Part shown: positions 1 through 10,141 of the stretch, one piece after another | Numbering within the stretch: the stretch's first letter is position 1 | How the letters are laid out: the number at the start of each line of letters is the position of its first letter | Origin: an uncultured Armatimonadetes bacterium | Lineage (GTDB): Bacteria; Armatimonadota; Hebobacteria; Hebobacterales; Hebobacteraceae | Reading direction: 5' to 3' | Assembly: GCA_963716175.1 (NCBI GenBank) | Contig: OY970296.1 | Location: 1,920,001-1,984,000, forward strand | Length of the DNA: 64,000 nt | The notes under the pieces: model-generated | Told to the model about the DNA's origin: nothing | The model's database searches: none | What the model saw: the letters and a program-made list of their open reading frames with translations, nothing else | Program-made: the position numbers and the translations under genes

Positions 1-252
1 ACCTATCGGTTCTCCGTGTGGGCGAAGGCCGCGGCGCCGCGCACCGCGGGCGGGCCGTGGCCACAGCTGCTCCTGGAGCTTCAGGGCGTGACGGGAAAGC
101 AATTCACCCTCACCGAGGAGTGGCAGCCGTACGCGATCGAAGGCCCCGTGAACAGCAAGCGGCGGCGCCTGGAGGCCAGCGTAGGCCTCGTGAGTCCCGG
201 CACCGCGTGGATCGATCTGGTGGAACTGGTCGAGCAGCAAGCAGCTCAGTAG
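1..252 (+). CDS. C-terminal end of a protein with a CBM4-like carbohydrate-binding domain (runs off window start)
   Basis: Frame 1 open from window start: YRFSVWAKA...LTEEWQPY...GTAWIDLVEL, typical of the CBM4/9 jelly-roll. Confidence 0.55.
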   Translation, partial: TYRFSVWAKAAAPRTAGGPWPQLLLELQGVTGKQFTLTEEWQPYAIEGPVNSKRRRLEASVGLVSPGTAWIDLVELVEQQAAQ

Positions 253-644
253 CCTGAGCCTCACCAGGGGTGATGAGCTGGCCCCCACGGGCGGGCGCCA
301 AGGTGCTCGCCGCAGGGGCTATCTTACTCGGTGGCGGCTCGGGCACGCGCGGGCGCGGCCGTCTGGGCGCGCACCGTAGGACCGATGCGTCTACGCAGCG
401 CACGTGGCGTCCGGGCGGGCGCAGACGCAGGAAGCAGGGCGTAGGTTCGCGTGCAGACCATACTCGAGGGAGGCCGGCACGCCTCGGCTCAGGATCACTC
501 TCCGGCGCGCCGCCGCGCAGGTGCAGAGAGACCGCGTGTGGCACGGCCCCGAGGATGTTCCCCCTGTCACGACGAAGTCCTGGGGGCGACGGCCGGGAGC
601 TGATGGCGAGCAGGACCGGATATCGGCTGACAGGAGGTCGGAGG

Positions 645-1826
645 ATGGCAGTGACTCGACGTGAGGCGCTCAAGAAGCTTGCCCTAGGCGCGTTCGCTGT
701 TGCGGCGGCTCCGGTGTGGGCAGGGCAGGGGAGTCCGCCAGCAGAGCAGAAGGCGCCGCTCCCAGAGGGCACCCGACTCCCACCCCTCCCCCGACGCGGC
801 GTCCATGTGATGGGAGGCGGTGAGGCCGCGCTGCCGGCGTTGGAGCGGCTGGTCGGCGAGGTGGCGCCGGCCCTAGGTCTGAACTGGGTGATCCTTGAAA
901 TCGACGGCGGTTTCCAGTACGCTTCGCACCCGGAATGCGCGGACGCAAGCCCGATGACAAGAGCGAGCGCCCGGAAGCTGGCCGCGCTCGCCCGACAGAG
1001 GCAGATTGAGCTGGTGCCCATGTACAACTGCCTCGGCCACCAGTCCTGGCATGCCGATGCTGGTGCACTGCTGCGCGCCCACCCGGAGTTCAACGAGGCC
1101 CCCGACCTCGACGCCAACGCGGAGGACTTCTACTGCATGAGCTGGTGTCCGAACCATCCCGACCTGAACAAGGTGGTCTTCGGCCTGTTCGATGAGCTGA
1201 TCGACGCCTTCCAGGCAAAGGCCTTCCACGTCGGCACGGACGAGGTCTTCGTTCTCGGGCACTGCCCACGCTGTAAGGGCACGCCGAACGCCGACCTCTT
1301 CGCGAAGGCCGTGAACGATCTCCATGACCATCTGGTGGGCAAACGGCAGGTGGAGATGCAGATGTGGGGCGACCGCCTGCTCGACGGGAAGCAGACCGGC
1401 TACGGCTCCTGGGAGGCGAGTGAAAACGATACCTGGCCGGCGATCGACCAGGTGTCGAAGGACATCGTGATGTGCGACTGGCACTACGGGATGGACGTCC
1501 CCGGCTTCCCGTCTGTCCGCTTGTTCCAGGATAAGGGCTTCCGCGTCTGGCCCGCGGGCTGGAACGACGAAGCCGCGATTCGGCGTTTCGTCGAGGTCGC
1601 CCGGAAGGAAGCTGGGCCACGCATGCTCGGGTATCTCTGCACGACCTGGACGGATGTCACGCCGGTCGTGGAGGGCCTGGCGGCGCCGCCAGCGGCAAGC
1701 GAGAAGCCAGCCGTCTCGGCCACACCAGCAGCTGCCGAGACGCGCGAGGAACGCCGCAGACAGAGGTTCGGCCGGATCGTGGCCGGCGTCAGGTTGGGTG
1801 CCGGCCTGGCGCGGGGAGCAGGGTAG
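645..1826 (+). CDS. Tat-exported GH20-family glycoside hydrolase (beta-N-acetylhexosaminidase-like)
   Basis: GGAGG RBS; TRREALK twin-arginine signal; NCLGHQ and FHVGTDEV (GH20 H-x-G-x-D-E); MWGDRLL, DWHY. Confidence 0.85.
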   Translation: MAVTRREALKKLALGAFAVAAAPVWAGQGSPPAEQKAPLPEGTRLPPLPRRGVHVMGGGEAALPALERLVGEVAPALGLNWVILEIDGGFQYASHPECADASPMTRASARKLAALARQRQIELVPMYNCLGHQSWHADAGALLRAHPEFNEAPDLDANAEDFYCMSWCPNHPDLNKVVFGLFDELIDAFQAKAFHVGTDEVFVLGHCPRCKGTPNADLFAKAVNDLHDHLVGKRQVEMQMWGDRLLDGKQTGYGSWEASENDTWPAIDQVSKDIVMCDWHYGMDVPGFPSVRLFQDKGFRVWPAGWNDEAAIRRFVEVARKEAGPRMLGYLCTTWTDVTPVVEGLAAPPAASEKPAVSATPAAAETREERRRQRFGRIVAGVRLGAGLARGAG

Positions 1827-1881
1827 CGAGCTGGCCCCCGCCGTCTGAGGCAGTCAGCGGAACGGGAGAACCAAGAACGCA

Positions 1882-2901
1882 GTGTTGGCGTCAGGCAGAC
1901 ATAACCGAACGGCTGCGCTCGTCGGGATGCTCACCGTGGTGGCGGCCGTGCTGTCCACGGAGGTGGCACTGCAGGCCAAGGGCGAGAGGGTGGTGTCCAA
2001 GCCCCTGCCGAAGGGCACCGCGACCTGGGTCTATCACTACGCGGACGGAGCCGCGCGGCAGGTGAAGCGGTTCAATAGCGCGGCGCACCGCGACACTCGC
2101 TTCCGGTACTTCTTCCCCTATGCCGGCTCTCCGAGCATCGACGCGCGTGGACGCCGGGTCACGATGCACTACGATGCGGCCGCGACCCGCGCTTACGCGC
2201 GAGCACTTCCGCCAGACGTGCTGCTGATGCCCATCGTGGATGCCCGCAACGACGATCGGGCCTTCGACGGATGGACGGAGGAGGAATACCGAGAGGCGGC
2301 GCGGCAGGTGGCGCAGTGCGTCCTGGACGACCCCCATGCAGCCGGGGTGCAGATCGATATCGAGCCCTTCTCACCGGGGCATCTCCCGTTCTACCGGAGT
2401 CTGCGAGAGCTGCTCAACGCACAAGGCAAGTACTGCACCACGTTCGTCGGCGCCTGCGACGACGAGACGCTGACGCGGCTCTTCGCCTCGTGCGATGTGG
2501 TGGTGATCTCCGGCTATGACCTCGAGGTCGAGGGCATCAGCCTGGCGCGGTACGGTCAGGTCCTGCGAGGCGCACTCGCCCGGGTCCAGCGTGCGGCCGA
2601 AGCCGCGGGCGGACACTACCTGCTGGGAATCCCGGCCGCGGCCTCCTGGGGCGAGTACGAGTACCAGGCGGGTGGCAGCGCCGAGCGGAAGGAGACGGGG
2701 GTGAAGCAAGAGCAGTACGTGCAGGCCGCACTCGACGCAGTGAAGCCGTACCGGACGCGCTCGGAATACCTCGGCCTCTCGCTCTGGCACATGTCCGATC
2801 CGGAGACCGAGCAAGAACGGCCGCAGGTGGCCACTTCGCCCACCAAGTTCCCGAACGTCATCCGGCCGAGCGTGTGGCGGCTGCTGGAGCAGTATCCGTA
2901 A
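1882..2901 (+). CDS. Secreted TIM-barrel protein, GH18-like
   Basis: N-terminal hydrophobic signal; GVQIDIEP resembles the GH18 DxE motif; SGYD and LSLW motifs. Confidence 0.55.
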   Translation: MLASGRHNRTAALVGMLTVVAAVLSTEVALQAKGERVVSKPLPKGTATWVYHYADGAARQVKRFNSAAHRDTRFRYFFPYAGSPSIDARGRRVTMHYDAAATRAYARALPPDVLLMPIVDARNDDRAFDGWTEEEYREAARQVAQCVLDDPHAAGVQIDIEPFSPGHLPFYRSLRELLNAQGKYCTTFVGACDDETLTRLFASCDVVVISGYDLEVEGISLARYGQVLRGALARVQRAAEAAGGHYLLGIPAAASWGEYEYQAGGSAERKETGVKQEQYVQAALDAVKPYRTRSEYLGLSLWHMSDPETEQERPQVATSPTKFPNVIRPSVWRLLEQYP

Positions 2902-3017
2902 GCTGCGCGGCCAGACGAGGGTCCTTCGCGCCGCTCACTGCGAGGGCCAGGCGCCTTCCCTCCACTCTCCGCCGCTCTCGACACGGAGCCCCGGCGTCCC
3001 TGACTGAGGCCGTCTTC

Positions 3018-3956
3018 TCATCGGCTGATCGCGCGGTCCAGCACGCCCCAGAGGGGCTTCGTGTGGGGTACCATATCCTGGCGGAAGTACCACCAGAACA
3101 GGCCTTTGATGTAGCGCGGATGGTCGATGCGCATGGGGTAGAACTGGTCTATCAACGCCGCCTTCTGGGCCTCGGTGCCCCTGTCCATGCCCAGCTCCCC
3201 GAAGCCCAGCCTGGCCTGGGGGAAGATCTCGCCAATCCTGGCGAACTCCCGCTTCCAGTCCGGCTTGAAGTCCGGGCTGTGTTCTGGGTAGTAGCTGAAG
3301 AGGACGTAGTCGACCCCACGCCTCATGCGCAGGGGGACGTGGGCCCGCACCCAGGTATACATCTCATATTGGGCCGCCTCTGCGCACTCGGGGGGAGAGG
3401 CCGCACACCCGAGGCCCTCGTTGTACGACAGGGTCAGCACCGTCTTCTTGCCGGCGGCCTTGACGATATCGTAGGCGGCCGAGACCTTGGCCGAGACGTC
3501 GGCCGGTGGGCCCAGCCAGTTCCCGTTGACCTCGTTGCCGACCTCCCAGAGATCGACGATGCCCCCGAACGCGGCCAGGTACTCCCGGAAGAGCGCCTGG
3601 TACTGGTCGAGTGTGTAGTGCTTCACGTAGCCGGAGTCGGCCGGCTGGCCGAGGATATACGCGACCTGGTGGATCTGCTCGACGGCGTCGCGGTAGTCGG
3701 CCGGATGCATGCCGAGGTCGAAGACGATCCTGACCGTCGGCTTCCGGGAGAGCTTGCGAAGCGCGGCGATAGTTGCGGGCACGTCGCTGACGCTGTCGAC
3801 CGTGACGCCGTAGAGAGGAGCGGGGACGTTGCCCACCGCGGTGGGGGCGAGCGCCTTGGACTGGGCTCGGCCGGCGGCCGCGCACGAACCGCCACTGAGC
3901 GCGAGCAGCCCGAGGACCACCGGGCCCAGAAGAGCAACTGCAGAAGAACGAAGCAT
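3018..3956 (-). CDS. Secreted putative glycoside hydrolase (clan A-like)
   Basis: AAAGGAG RBS, signal peptide, WEVGNEVNG (acid/base NE), FGELG (nucleophile-like). Confidence 0.6.
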   Translation of the reverse strand: MLRSSAVALLGPVVLGLLALSGGSCAAAGRAQSKALAPTAVGNVPAPLYGVTVDSVSDVPATIAALRKLSRKPTVRIVFDLGMHPADYRDAVEQIHQVAYILGQPADSGYVKHYTLDQYQALFREYLAAFGGIVDLWEVGNEVNGNWLGPPADVSAKVSAAYDIVKAAGKKTVLTLSYNEGLGCAASPPECAEAAQYEMYTWVRAHVPLRMRRGVDYVLFSYYPEHSPDFKPDWKREFARIGEIFPQARLGFGELGMDRGTEAQKAALIDQFYPMRIDHPRYIKGLFWWYFRQDMVPHTKPLWGVLDRAISR

Positions 3957-4026
3957 AACCAACTCCTTTGCTGGCGCGCCCAGGCCGCGGTTCGGGTGGC
4001 CAAGGCCTCCTGTTCTCGCCGCGAGC

Positions 4027-5499
4027 TCACGTCCGCCAGAACACCTTCAGCCTCGTGAACAGCCGCACCAGGTAAGCGAGCAAGAGCGTGGAGAACACAG
4101 CGCCCAGCACGCCCAGCCAGGGCCACTGTGCCAGGGCGTCGAGGGGCCGGTCGAGATGGGTGAGCGCGAACAGCGGCAGCAGCAGGTTCTCGGAGCCGGC
4201 ATAGGCGATCATGGGGTTCTGGCCGGCGTCAATGAGCAGCTGCACGCGGCGGTGTTCTCGCCAGATCTCGACGGCCATGAGGAACGCAATGAGCGCAAAG
4301 ATGGCGAGTCCGCCGGCCACGAAGTAGTAGCTCAACGTGTCCGGATCCTTCTTGATGCCGCCCTCGTAGGGCTCGAGGACCAGTCCCAAGAGCAACCCGT
4401 AGGCCCCCCAGCCGAAGAGGTCCCTCACCAGCTTCTCGGTGGGCGTGGCCGGCCCCGCGACGGCCCGCCAACCGACCGCGCACAGGATGACCGCGAGCGC
4501 GGTCGTCGGCCACAGCCAGCGGGCTTGCAGTCCCACGAGCATCGCAACGATGATCACCGGCATCAGCGCCGCAATGCCGGCGACGCGGAACGCCGGCCAG
4601 GCTGGGTTGTCGGCGCCGTCGCTCTCCGGGGTCCGCTGCCAGCGCAGCAGCAGGTCACCGACCACCGTGCCAGGGAGGGTGATGAAGAGCCACTGGAGGT
4701 ACCCCAGTTGGAGCATCCAGGGCAGGGGCGAGTGGCCGTCCAGCCAGTTCACCCAGCCCGGCACCGGCGCGGAGAGCCGCAGGGCCGCAAGCACGCCCAG
4801 GCATCCCAGGCGGAGCAAGAGGTTGCCGCGGGTCACGAGCCAGAGCAGAGAGCCGAACACCGCCGCGTTGGCGAGCAGGACGATGATGATGTCACTGCGC
4901 TCGACGGAGAAACGCCTCACCCCATGGTGGCCATGGAACTGGAGGGAGGCCATGAGCAGGATGGCCCCGGCCCAGCCCACCGCCCGGATCGCCACGCGCA
5001 GGGCGAGGGGCCAGCGGTCGGGCAACCGCGTGAGGATCGGGAAGAGGAGGGCGAACCCGAGCAGGGCCAGCAGCCAGGTCGCCGTGGTGGGGTCACGGCT
5101 CAGGGTCCAGGGGCGGATGTGGGCGATGTAGAGCGCGAACGCCCCCAGCAGGAACCCCCGGGTGAGGATCTGGACGACTACCCGCCAGAACGGAACGCCT
5201 TGCGAAAGGCGGCGGGAGAGGGCGAGCGGGATCGCCGCGCCCATCGCGAAGAGGAAGAACGGAAAGACCAGGTCGGTCCAGGTGAGCCCGGCGAGGTGGG
5301 GGTTGAAACGGTGGAGCGGCGGAGGGTCCTGGGCGTGGTACATCCACGCTGGCAGCCCACGCTCCGGAATGGTCCCCGACATCACCATTCCCAGGATGGC
5401 GAGGCCCCGCAGCGCGTCAAGCGCGTGGGCGCGTCCCCCTCTCGGGGACGGGGCTGGAACGGCCTCGGCAGCAACTGCCTCTGAGCGGAGCTCGGCCAT
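4027..5499 (-). CDS. DUF5009/HGSNAT-like membrane acyltransferase
   Basis: RAHALDALRGLAI, TWTDLVFPFFLFAMGAAIP, GGIKKDP, GQNPMIAY; many TM segments. Confidence 0.85.
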   Translation of the reverse strand: MAELRSEAVAAEAVPAPSPRGGRAHALDALRGLAILGMVMSGTIPERGLPAWMYHAQDPPPLHRFNPHLAGLTWTDLVFPFFLFAMGAAIPLALSRRLSQGVPFWRVVVQILTRGFLLGAFALYIAHIRPWTLSRDPTTATWLLALLGFALLFPILTRLPDRWPLALRVAIRAVGWAGAILLMASLQFHGHHGVRRFSVERSDIIIVLLANAAVFGSLLWLVTRGNLLLRLGCLGVLAALRLSAPVPGWVNWLDGHSPLPWMLQLGYLQWLFITLPGTVVGDLLLRWQRTPESDGADNPAWPAFRVAGIAALMPVIIVAMLVGLQARWLWPTTALAVILCAVGWRAVAGPATPTEKLVRDLFGWGAYGLLLGLVLEPYEGGIKKDPDTLSYYFVAGGLAIFALIAFLMAVEIWREHRRVQLLIDAGQNPMIAYAGSENLLLPLFALTHLDRPLDALAQWPWLGVLGAVFSTLLLAYLVRLFTRLKVFWRT

Positions 5500-5635
5500 A
5501 GTCGCGCGATCCCGGAACCGACGTCCTCGACTCCGTAGTTCGTCAGCGCTCGGGCACACCCTCTGTTCGGCGGCCCCGCCCGCGCCCGCCACCGCGCCCC
5601 AACCACGGATCGGCCGCGCCCTGCCTCCCGATCGG

Positions 5636-6310
5636 TCAGGGGTAGCGGTCGCTCGGAACGATGGCGTAGATCCGCTCCTGGGTGAGCAACCCGTCGAGCA
5701 GGTCCCGCGGGTACTCCTTCCCACCGACTTCCACCGGCGCCAAGCCCAGCGCGGTCCACTCTTCCCCGGCCGACACCCAAGCTTCGTGCTGTAAGTGAGC
5801 GCCGCCGCTGGTGTCTGTGATGAACCACCCGTAGTCTCGGAGGGCGCGGGCCAGGGTGCGCGCGTAGCGCCGCATCCCCTCGGGTAACTCGGGGGGTAGG
5901 CCCTTGAGCCAGAGGTCGATGTCGCGGTCGGTCACCGAAAGGGCGAACCGCATCCCCTCCGGAATGCCGTCCGGACGATCAGGGTGCTCCAGCTTGGTCG
6001 CAGGCGGGAGGAAGAGCTTGCCGCTCGTGTTCCGGATGGGCATGGAGAGGGCGTGGCGGATCTCGCCCTGCGCGATCTCCTCGGGCCGCACCAGCATGGC
6101 GAGATACTGGATACCGACCCCGCGGGAGGACTTGAAGCCGTCCTCCTTCGTGCGGTAGTCGCCGTTCACGAAGTTGGCGTCGGAGGCCTCGATCACCCTA
6201 TCTTCGAAACTGACCTGCCAGAAGTCCCACTCGCGGCCGGTCTTCGGGTCGAGCACGATCACCTGGCCATCCGTGCCCGGTGCCGGCTGCCGCCGGGTCC
6301 AGTGTCCGCA
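5636..6310 (-). pseudogene. N-terminally truncated hypothetical protein
   Basis: Protein-like C-terminal half (GEIRHALS...PEGMRFAL...ALRDYGWFITD) with no credible start or RBS. Confidence 0.5.
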
Positions 6311-6359
6311 CTACCTTCCCCTCCCCCCTGAACACGGGTGCCCAGCCTTCCTCGTGCGC

Positions 6360-6835
6360 TCACCGGTCTGTGAGCTCCGGCAGGTACCTGGCTATGCGCT
6401 CGCGGATGACGCCGAGGTGGTGGTCGGGGAAGTCGTCGTTCACAGCGACTCCGGCCAAGGGGAGCCGGTTCTCGGCGAACAGCGCGATTCGCCAGATTTG
6501 GCGGGCGACGATGAACCACCGGATGCCTTCCCGAGTCGCCCCGGAGAGAGCGCGGATCTCCTGGTACCCCCGGCAGAAGGCTTCCCACTGCGCATCCTCT
6601 CTGCAGTACAGCCGGCAGACGGAGAGGTCGTAGGCGCGCCAGCCCGGGCCGCCGCAGTCGAAGTCGAAGACGCGTAGGGTGCCATCGGCATCCTGACGGG
6701 CATTGCCGCCGTGGAAATCGCCATGGCAGAAACCCCACTCCAATCCGCCGAGCTGCGGCTCCAGTCCGGCGCGCAGCTCGCCGGCCACCAACTCAACGAA
6801 GGCCGCATCGGCAGGACGGTGCGCCAGGTAGGGGA
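6360..6835 (-). pseudogene. C-terminal fragment of an APH/homoserine-kinase-II-type phosphotransferase
   Basis: CHGDFHGGN and FDFDC Brenner motifs; 5' part replaced by an IS110 remnant. Confidence 0.75.
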
Positions 6836-7003
6836 GGATCCCAGGTCGTGTACTTCTCCGCTCGCAGGATCGAAGCAACCCATCCGAGAAAAACGCTGGT
6901 GTACGTCCAGTCCAATCCAGATCATCGTCGGTCTCCTCCTGATGAGAGTGTTTGTACTTCGAGCACCTTTCAACACCAACAGGGGGAGACCGTCTTATGA
7001 TAG
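6836..7003 (-). mobile_element. IS110/IS1111-family remnant (left end plus about 30 codons of transposase)
   Basis: AGGAGG then MIWIGLDVHQ (RuvC-like GLDVH) from 6925; element end begins CTATCATA like the IS110 at 49321. Confidence 0.75.
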
Positions 7004-7222
7004 TCAACCGCTCGTGAAACCGGCCTGAGGGCACCCTCGACTCCGGCTACCCCCTCGGCTGGGAGTCAGTGGTCGGGGTTTGGTCGCCATGCAGGCAAGC
7101 GCACTGCCCAACGCGAAAGCGGCGCCCGAAGGCGCCGGACCCTGGCTTCAGATGATACAGGAGTAGGACCGCGCTCTCAACCCTAGCGTGCACTCAGGCC
7201 GGTTTCACGGGCGGGTGAGAGG
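7003..7222 (+). repeat. Array repeat R1 (core flanked by inverted arms)
   Basis: GTCAACCGCTCGTGAAACCGGCCTGAG + core GACTCCGGCTACCCCCTCGGCTGGGAGTCA ... CTCAGGCCGGTTTCACGGGCGG. Confidence 0.9.
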
Positions 7223-7467
7223 CACACCCTGGAGCGGTACGGTGCGGGGCAGACCGTCCTGACGCCCTACCACTGGAGGGGGTTCGGCTTCCGGGGCGAA
7301 TGGACGGGTGACCCAATCGGCGCCGCCTCTGGTCTAACAGCAGACGACAACGACGACGGCGGCGTAGAAGACGAGGTTGGGGTTTCTGTCGGCGGTCGCC
7401 GACTGTCATACGTCTTTCGGGACGGCGGCTGTGTCCCCGTCGCCAGTACGTGTGAGGGGAGGAAGAG

Positions 7468-9603
7468 ATGACCCGAGTACTGTTGGCTTGCCTCATGCTG
7501 GTGGCCCTGCCCTGCGTCGCCTCCGCGGCATTCGAGACGCCTCCCTATCAGCCGCTCCAGATCGAGGCCCAGGTGCCGTCCTACCAGGTGAAGCCGGACC
7601 TGAGCAACATCGTCAACCTCAAGCAGTTCGGCAAGTTCACGGCCGGCCAGAAGTCGCTGCTCGCCAGGCAGGCATTCTTCGCGGCCCCGGCCAATGACAA
7701 GCAGCTCTACCTCGTCTACGAGGACAACGACTACAAGGTCATCCCCAACTTCATCGCGAGCGACACGGTCCTCCAGCTCTACCACATCTTCTATGACTAC
7801 AGCCTGCGGGAAATGGAGGCGGAGCGCCTGATTCCTCTCTGCCAGAAGCTGACCCAGCACATGCTCGCGCAGTCCGCATCAACCTACCACGATCTGCCAG
7901 CGAGTCCTGTGAGGGGCGCCGCCCTCAGGAACGTCGCCTACTTCGGAGTGGGGGCGAAAGCGCTGGGACTCTCCGCCGATCTCCCGCCGGAAGCGCTGGA
8001 GATGGTTGAGCAGGAGTGGAGGAGGATCCTGAAACACGAGGGCAGAGAATCATCGGCGATCTTCCCGTTCTCGGAAGACTACTCGCAGTACGTGCCCCGC
8101 GGTCACTATACCCGTAGCGAGAAGCTGAAGCGCTATTTCATCGCGATGATGTGGTACGGGCGGATCCCGTTCCCGCTGGAGTGGCCAGAAGGCAAGCACG
8201 ACTACGAGCAGATCCGCCAGTCCCTGCTCATTGCCCGCACCCTCTACGAGACCAAGCTCAACGGTAAGCCGGTCATCGAAACCTGGGAGCGCATCTACGA
8301 GCCCACCGTCTTCTATGTGGAGAGCGCGGATGATCTCACGCCGGCGGAATGGCGAGAGACCGCGCTCAAGGTCTGGGGGCGCCTGCCCGGGCCTGCGGAG
8401 CTGGAAGACAAGGCCAAGCTTGACTCATTCTATGAGCTGGCATCGGAGATGCGCGCTCCCGGCATTGCCACCTTTCCGAAGGGCGCTGTGGGACTGCTGG
8501 ACATGCCCACCGGCCCCCAATTCCGGTTCATGGGTCAGCGGGACATACCCGACTCCTACATGCTCCAGCAACTCGTGTTCAGCTACGTGGGTACGACGGA
8601 GAATCGGAGAATCATGCCTTTGGGCATGGACGTATTCTCCGTCCTTGGGTCAGCCCGTGCCTACGGCCACTTGGTGCGCCTCGGCGAAACGAAGTACGCG
8701 CGCTATGACCAGCAGATGAGCAAGCTCAAGGCCGAGTTCGCCGCCAAGCGCGACCAGGACTGGCGCGAAAACCTCTACTGGGGATGGCTCTGGGTCCTCA
8801 GGGGCCTAACGACGCCAGTAGGCGCCAGCAATCCATCCTTCATGCAGAGCGACGCCTGGCTCGACAAGGAGCTGAACTCGGCTCTGGCAAGCTGGGCCGA
8901 GATGCGACATGATACCATCCTCTATGCAAAGCAGAGCTATACTTCCGAGTGCGGAGGAGGAGAGGAGCCGGGGAAACAGCCGCCGGTGCCTAAGGGCTAT
9001 GTCGAGCCAGTCGCAGAGGTCTATCATCGCCTGCTCTGGCTCACTCAGACGACGCGCAGGGGCCTGCGCGACCGAGACCTTCTCACCACCGCGCTCGACG
9101 AATCTTTTGGTCGAATGGAAGACCTGCTCGCCTTTCTGGAACGCGTTTCGCTCAGAGAGCTGGCGAACCAGCCCCTGAAGGCCGGGGAGTACGACCAGAT
9201 CCGTCTGCTGGGCGCGGAGCTTGAGGGCCTCACTGACATGGTTACCAAGGCCATCGGGGGCCAGGAGGGAGAGCTGATCAGCGAGGCCGACGAAGATATG
9301 GCGGTGGTGGCTGATGTGCACACCGCCTTCCCTGATTGCCTGGAGGAGGGCGTGGGCCACGGCAACCACATCTTCGTGGTCGTCCCCATACAGGGTAAGC
9401 TCTATCTCGCCCGGGGCGCCACCTTCTCCTACTTTGAGTTCGATCAGGCCGTCAGCGACCGGCTGACTGATGAGAAGTGGCAGGCGATGGTCTCGTCCAA
9501 GAAAGCCCCCGCGCCGCCCACGTGGACGTTCAGCTTCCTCAGTGACGCCAAGCCCGAGATCCCGGTGCCGAAGCTTCCCCGTACCTCTGGGGGAGGCTGC
9601 TGA
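7468..9603 (+). CDS. Secreted DUF3160-domain protein
   Basis: Signal peptide; DYSQYVPRGHYTRS, MRHDTILYAKQSY, GYVEP, RLTDEKW. Confidence 0.9.
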   Translation: MTRVLLACLMLVALPCVASAAFETPPYQPLQIEAQVPSYQVKPDLSNIVNLKQFGKFTAGQKSLLARQAFFAAPANDKQLYLVYEDNDYKVIPNFIASDTVLQLYHIFYDYSLREMEAERLIPLCQKLTQHMLAQSASTYHDLPASPVRGAALRNVAYFGVGAKALGLSADLPPEALEMVEQEWRRILKHEGRESSAIFPFSEDYSQYVPRGHYTRSEKLKRYFIAMMWYGRIPFPLEWPEGKHDYEQIRQSLLIARTLYETKLNGKPVIETWERIYEPTVFYVESADDLTPAEWRETALKVWGRLPGPAELEDKAKLDSFYELASEMRAPGIATFPKGAVGLLDMPTGPQFRFMGQRDIPDSYMLQQLVFSYVGTTENRRIMPLGMDVFSVLGSARAYGHLVRLGETKYARYDQQMSKLKAEFAAKRDQDWRENLYWGWLWVLRGLTTPVGASNPSFMQSDAWLDKELNSALASWAEMRHDTILYAKQSYTSECGGGEEPGKQPPVPKGYVEPVAEVYHRLLWLTQTTRRGLRDRDLLTTALDESFGRMEDLLAFLERVSLRELANQPLKAGEYDQIRLLGAELEGLTDMVTKAIGGQEGELISEADEDMAVVADVHTAFPDCLEEGVGHGNHIFVVVPIQGKLYLARGATFSYFEFDQAVSDRLTDEKWQAMVSSKKAPAPPTWTFSFLSDAKPEIPVPKLPRTSGGGC

Positions 9604-9902
9604 TCCTCCGGCGATTGCTGTGGATGTCAAGTAGGCTTGGGACACCAGGCTGGGAGTCTGGATCGTGTTCTGCGCCTGACGGATGACAGCAGGACGGTGG
9701 GGGTGGCCGGGTCGAGGGGACAGGACCGCGGTAGACGCGGTGACGCGCGCCGGGCTGCGAAGTGACACCGGTCGCGGTCGGCAGGGAGGTCAGGCGGCGA
9801 GCCGTTAGCCGGTGATCCGGGTATCGGCGAAGACGCAACCCTCGATAGTGGCTGGCAGTGTCCTGGCTGACTTCTCCGGCCTGCTCCGCTCTTCTTCGTG
9901 TG

Positions 9903-10062
9903 CGACGCCCCCGGGCACCCCCGACTCCGGCTACCCTCGGCTTGGAGTCATTGTTCGGGGTTTCGTCGCGGACCATCTGCTGCCGGCATTCCTAGACACG
10001 CGGCCAGACGCACCCCGGTTGGAGGCGTGATGTCAGGCCGGCTTCACGGGCGTCTGACAGGG
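9903..10062 (+). repeat. Array repeat R2 (full length)
   Basis: Core + GACACGCGG + GGCGTGATGTCAGGCCGGCTTCACGGGCG..TGACAGGG. Confidence 0.9.
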
Positions 10063-10141
10063 GCAAACAGGTGCTAACATGCGGAGGTTGAGACCGGGCC
10101 CCAACCACCGCACATCACCGACACCACAGTCGGTGGCGCGG

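Noticed and set aside
3687-3700. Minus-strand match to CGACTCCGGCTAC
   Set aside because: About 13 bp inside a CDS with no other repeat parts; likely chance in high-GC DNA.
9903-10062. Canonical integron attC
   Set aside because: No RYYYAAC...GTTRRRY ends on either strand of the long form, genes are in mixed orientation, and no intI is present in the window.
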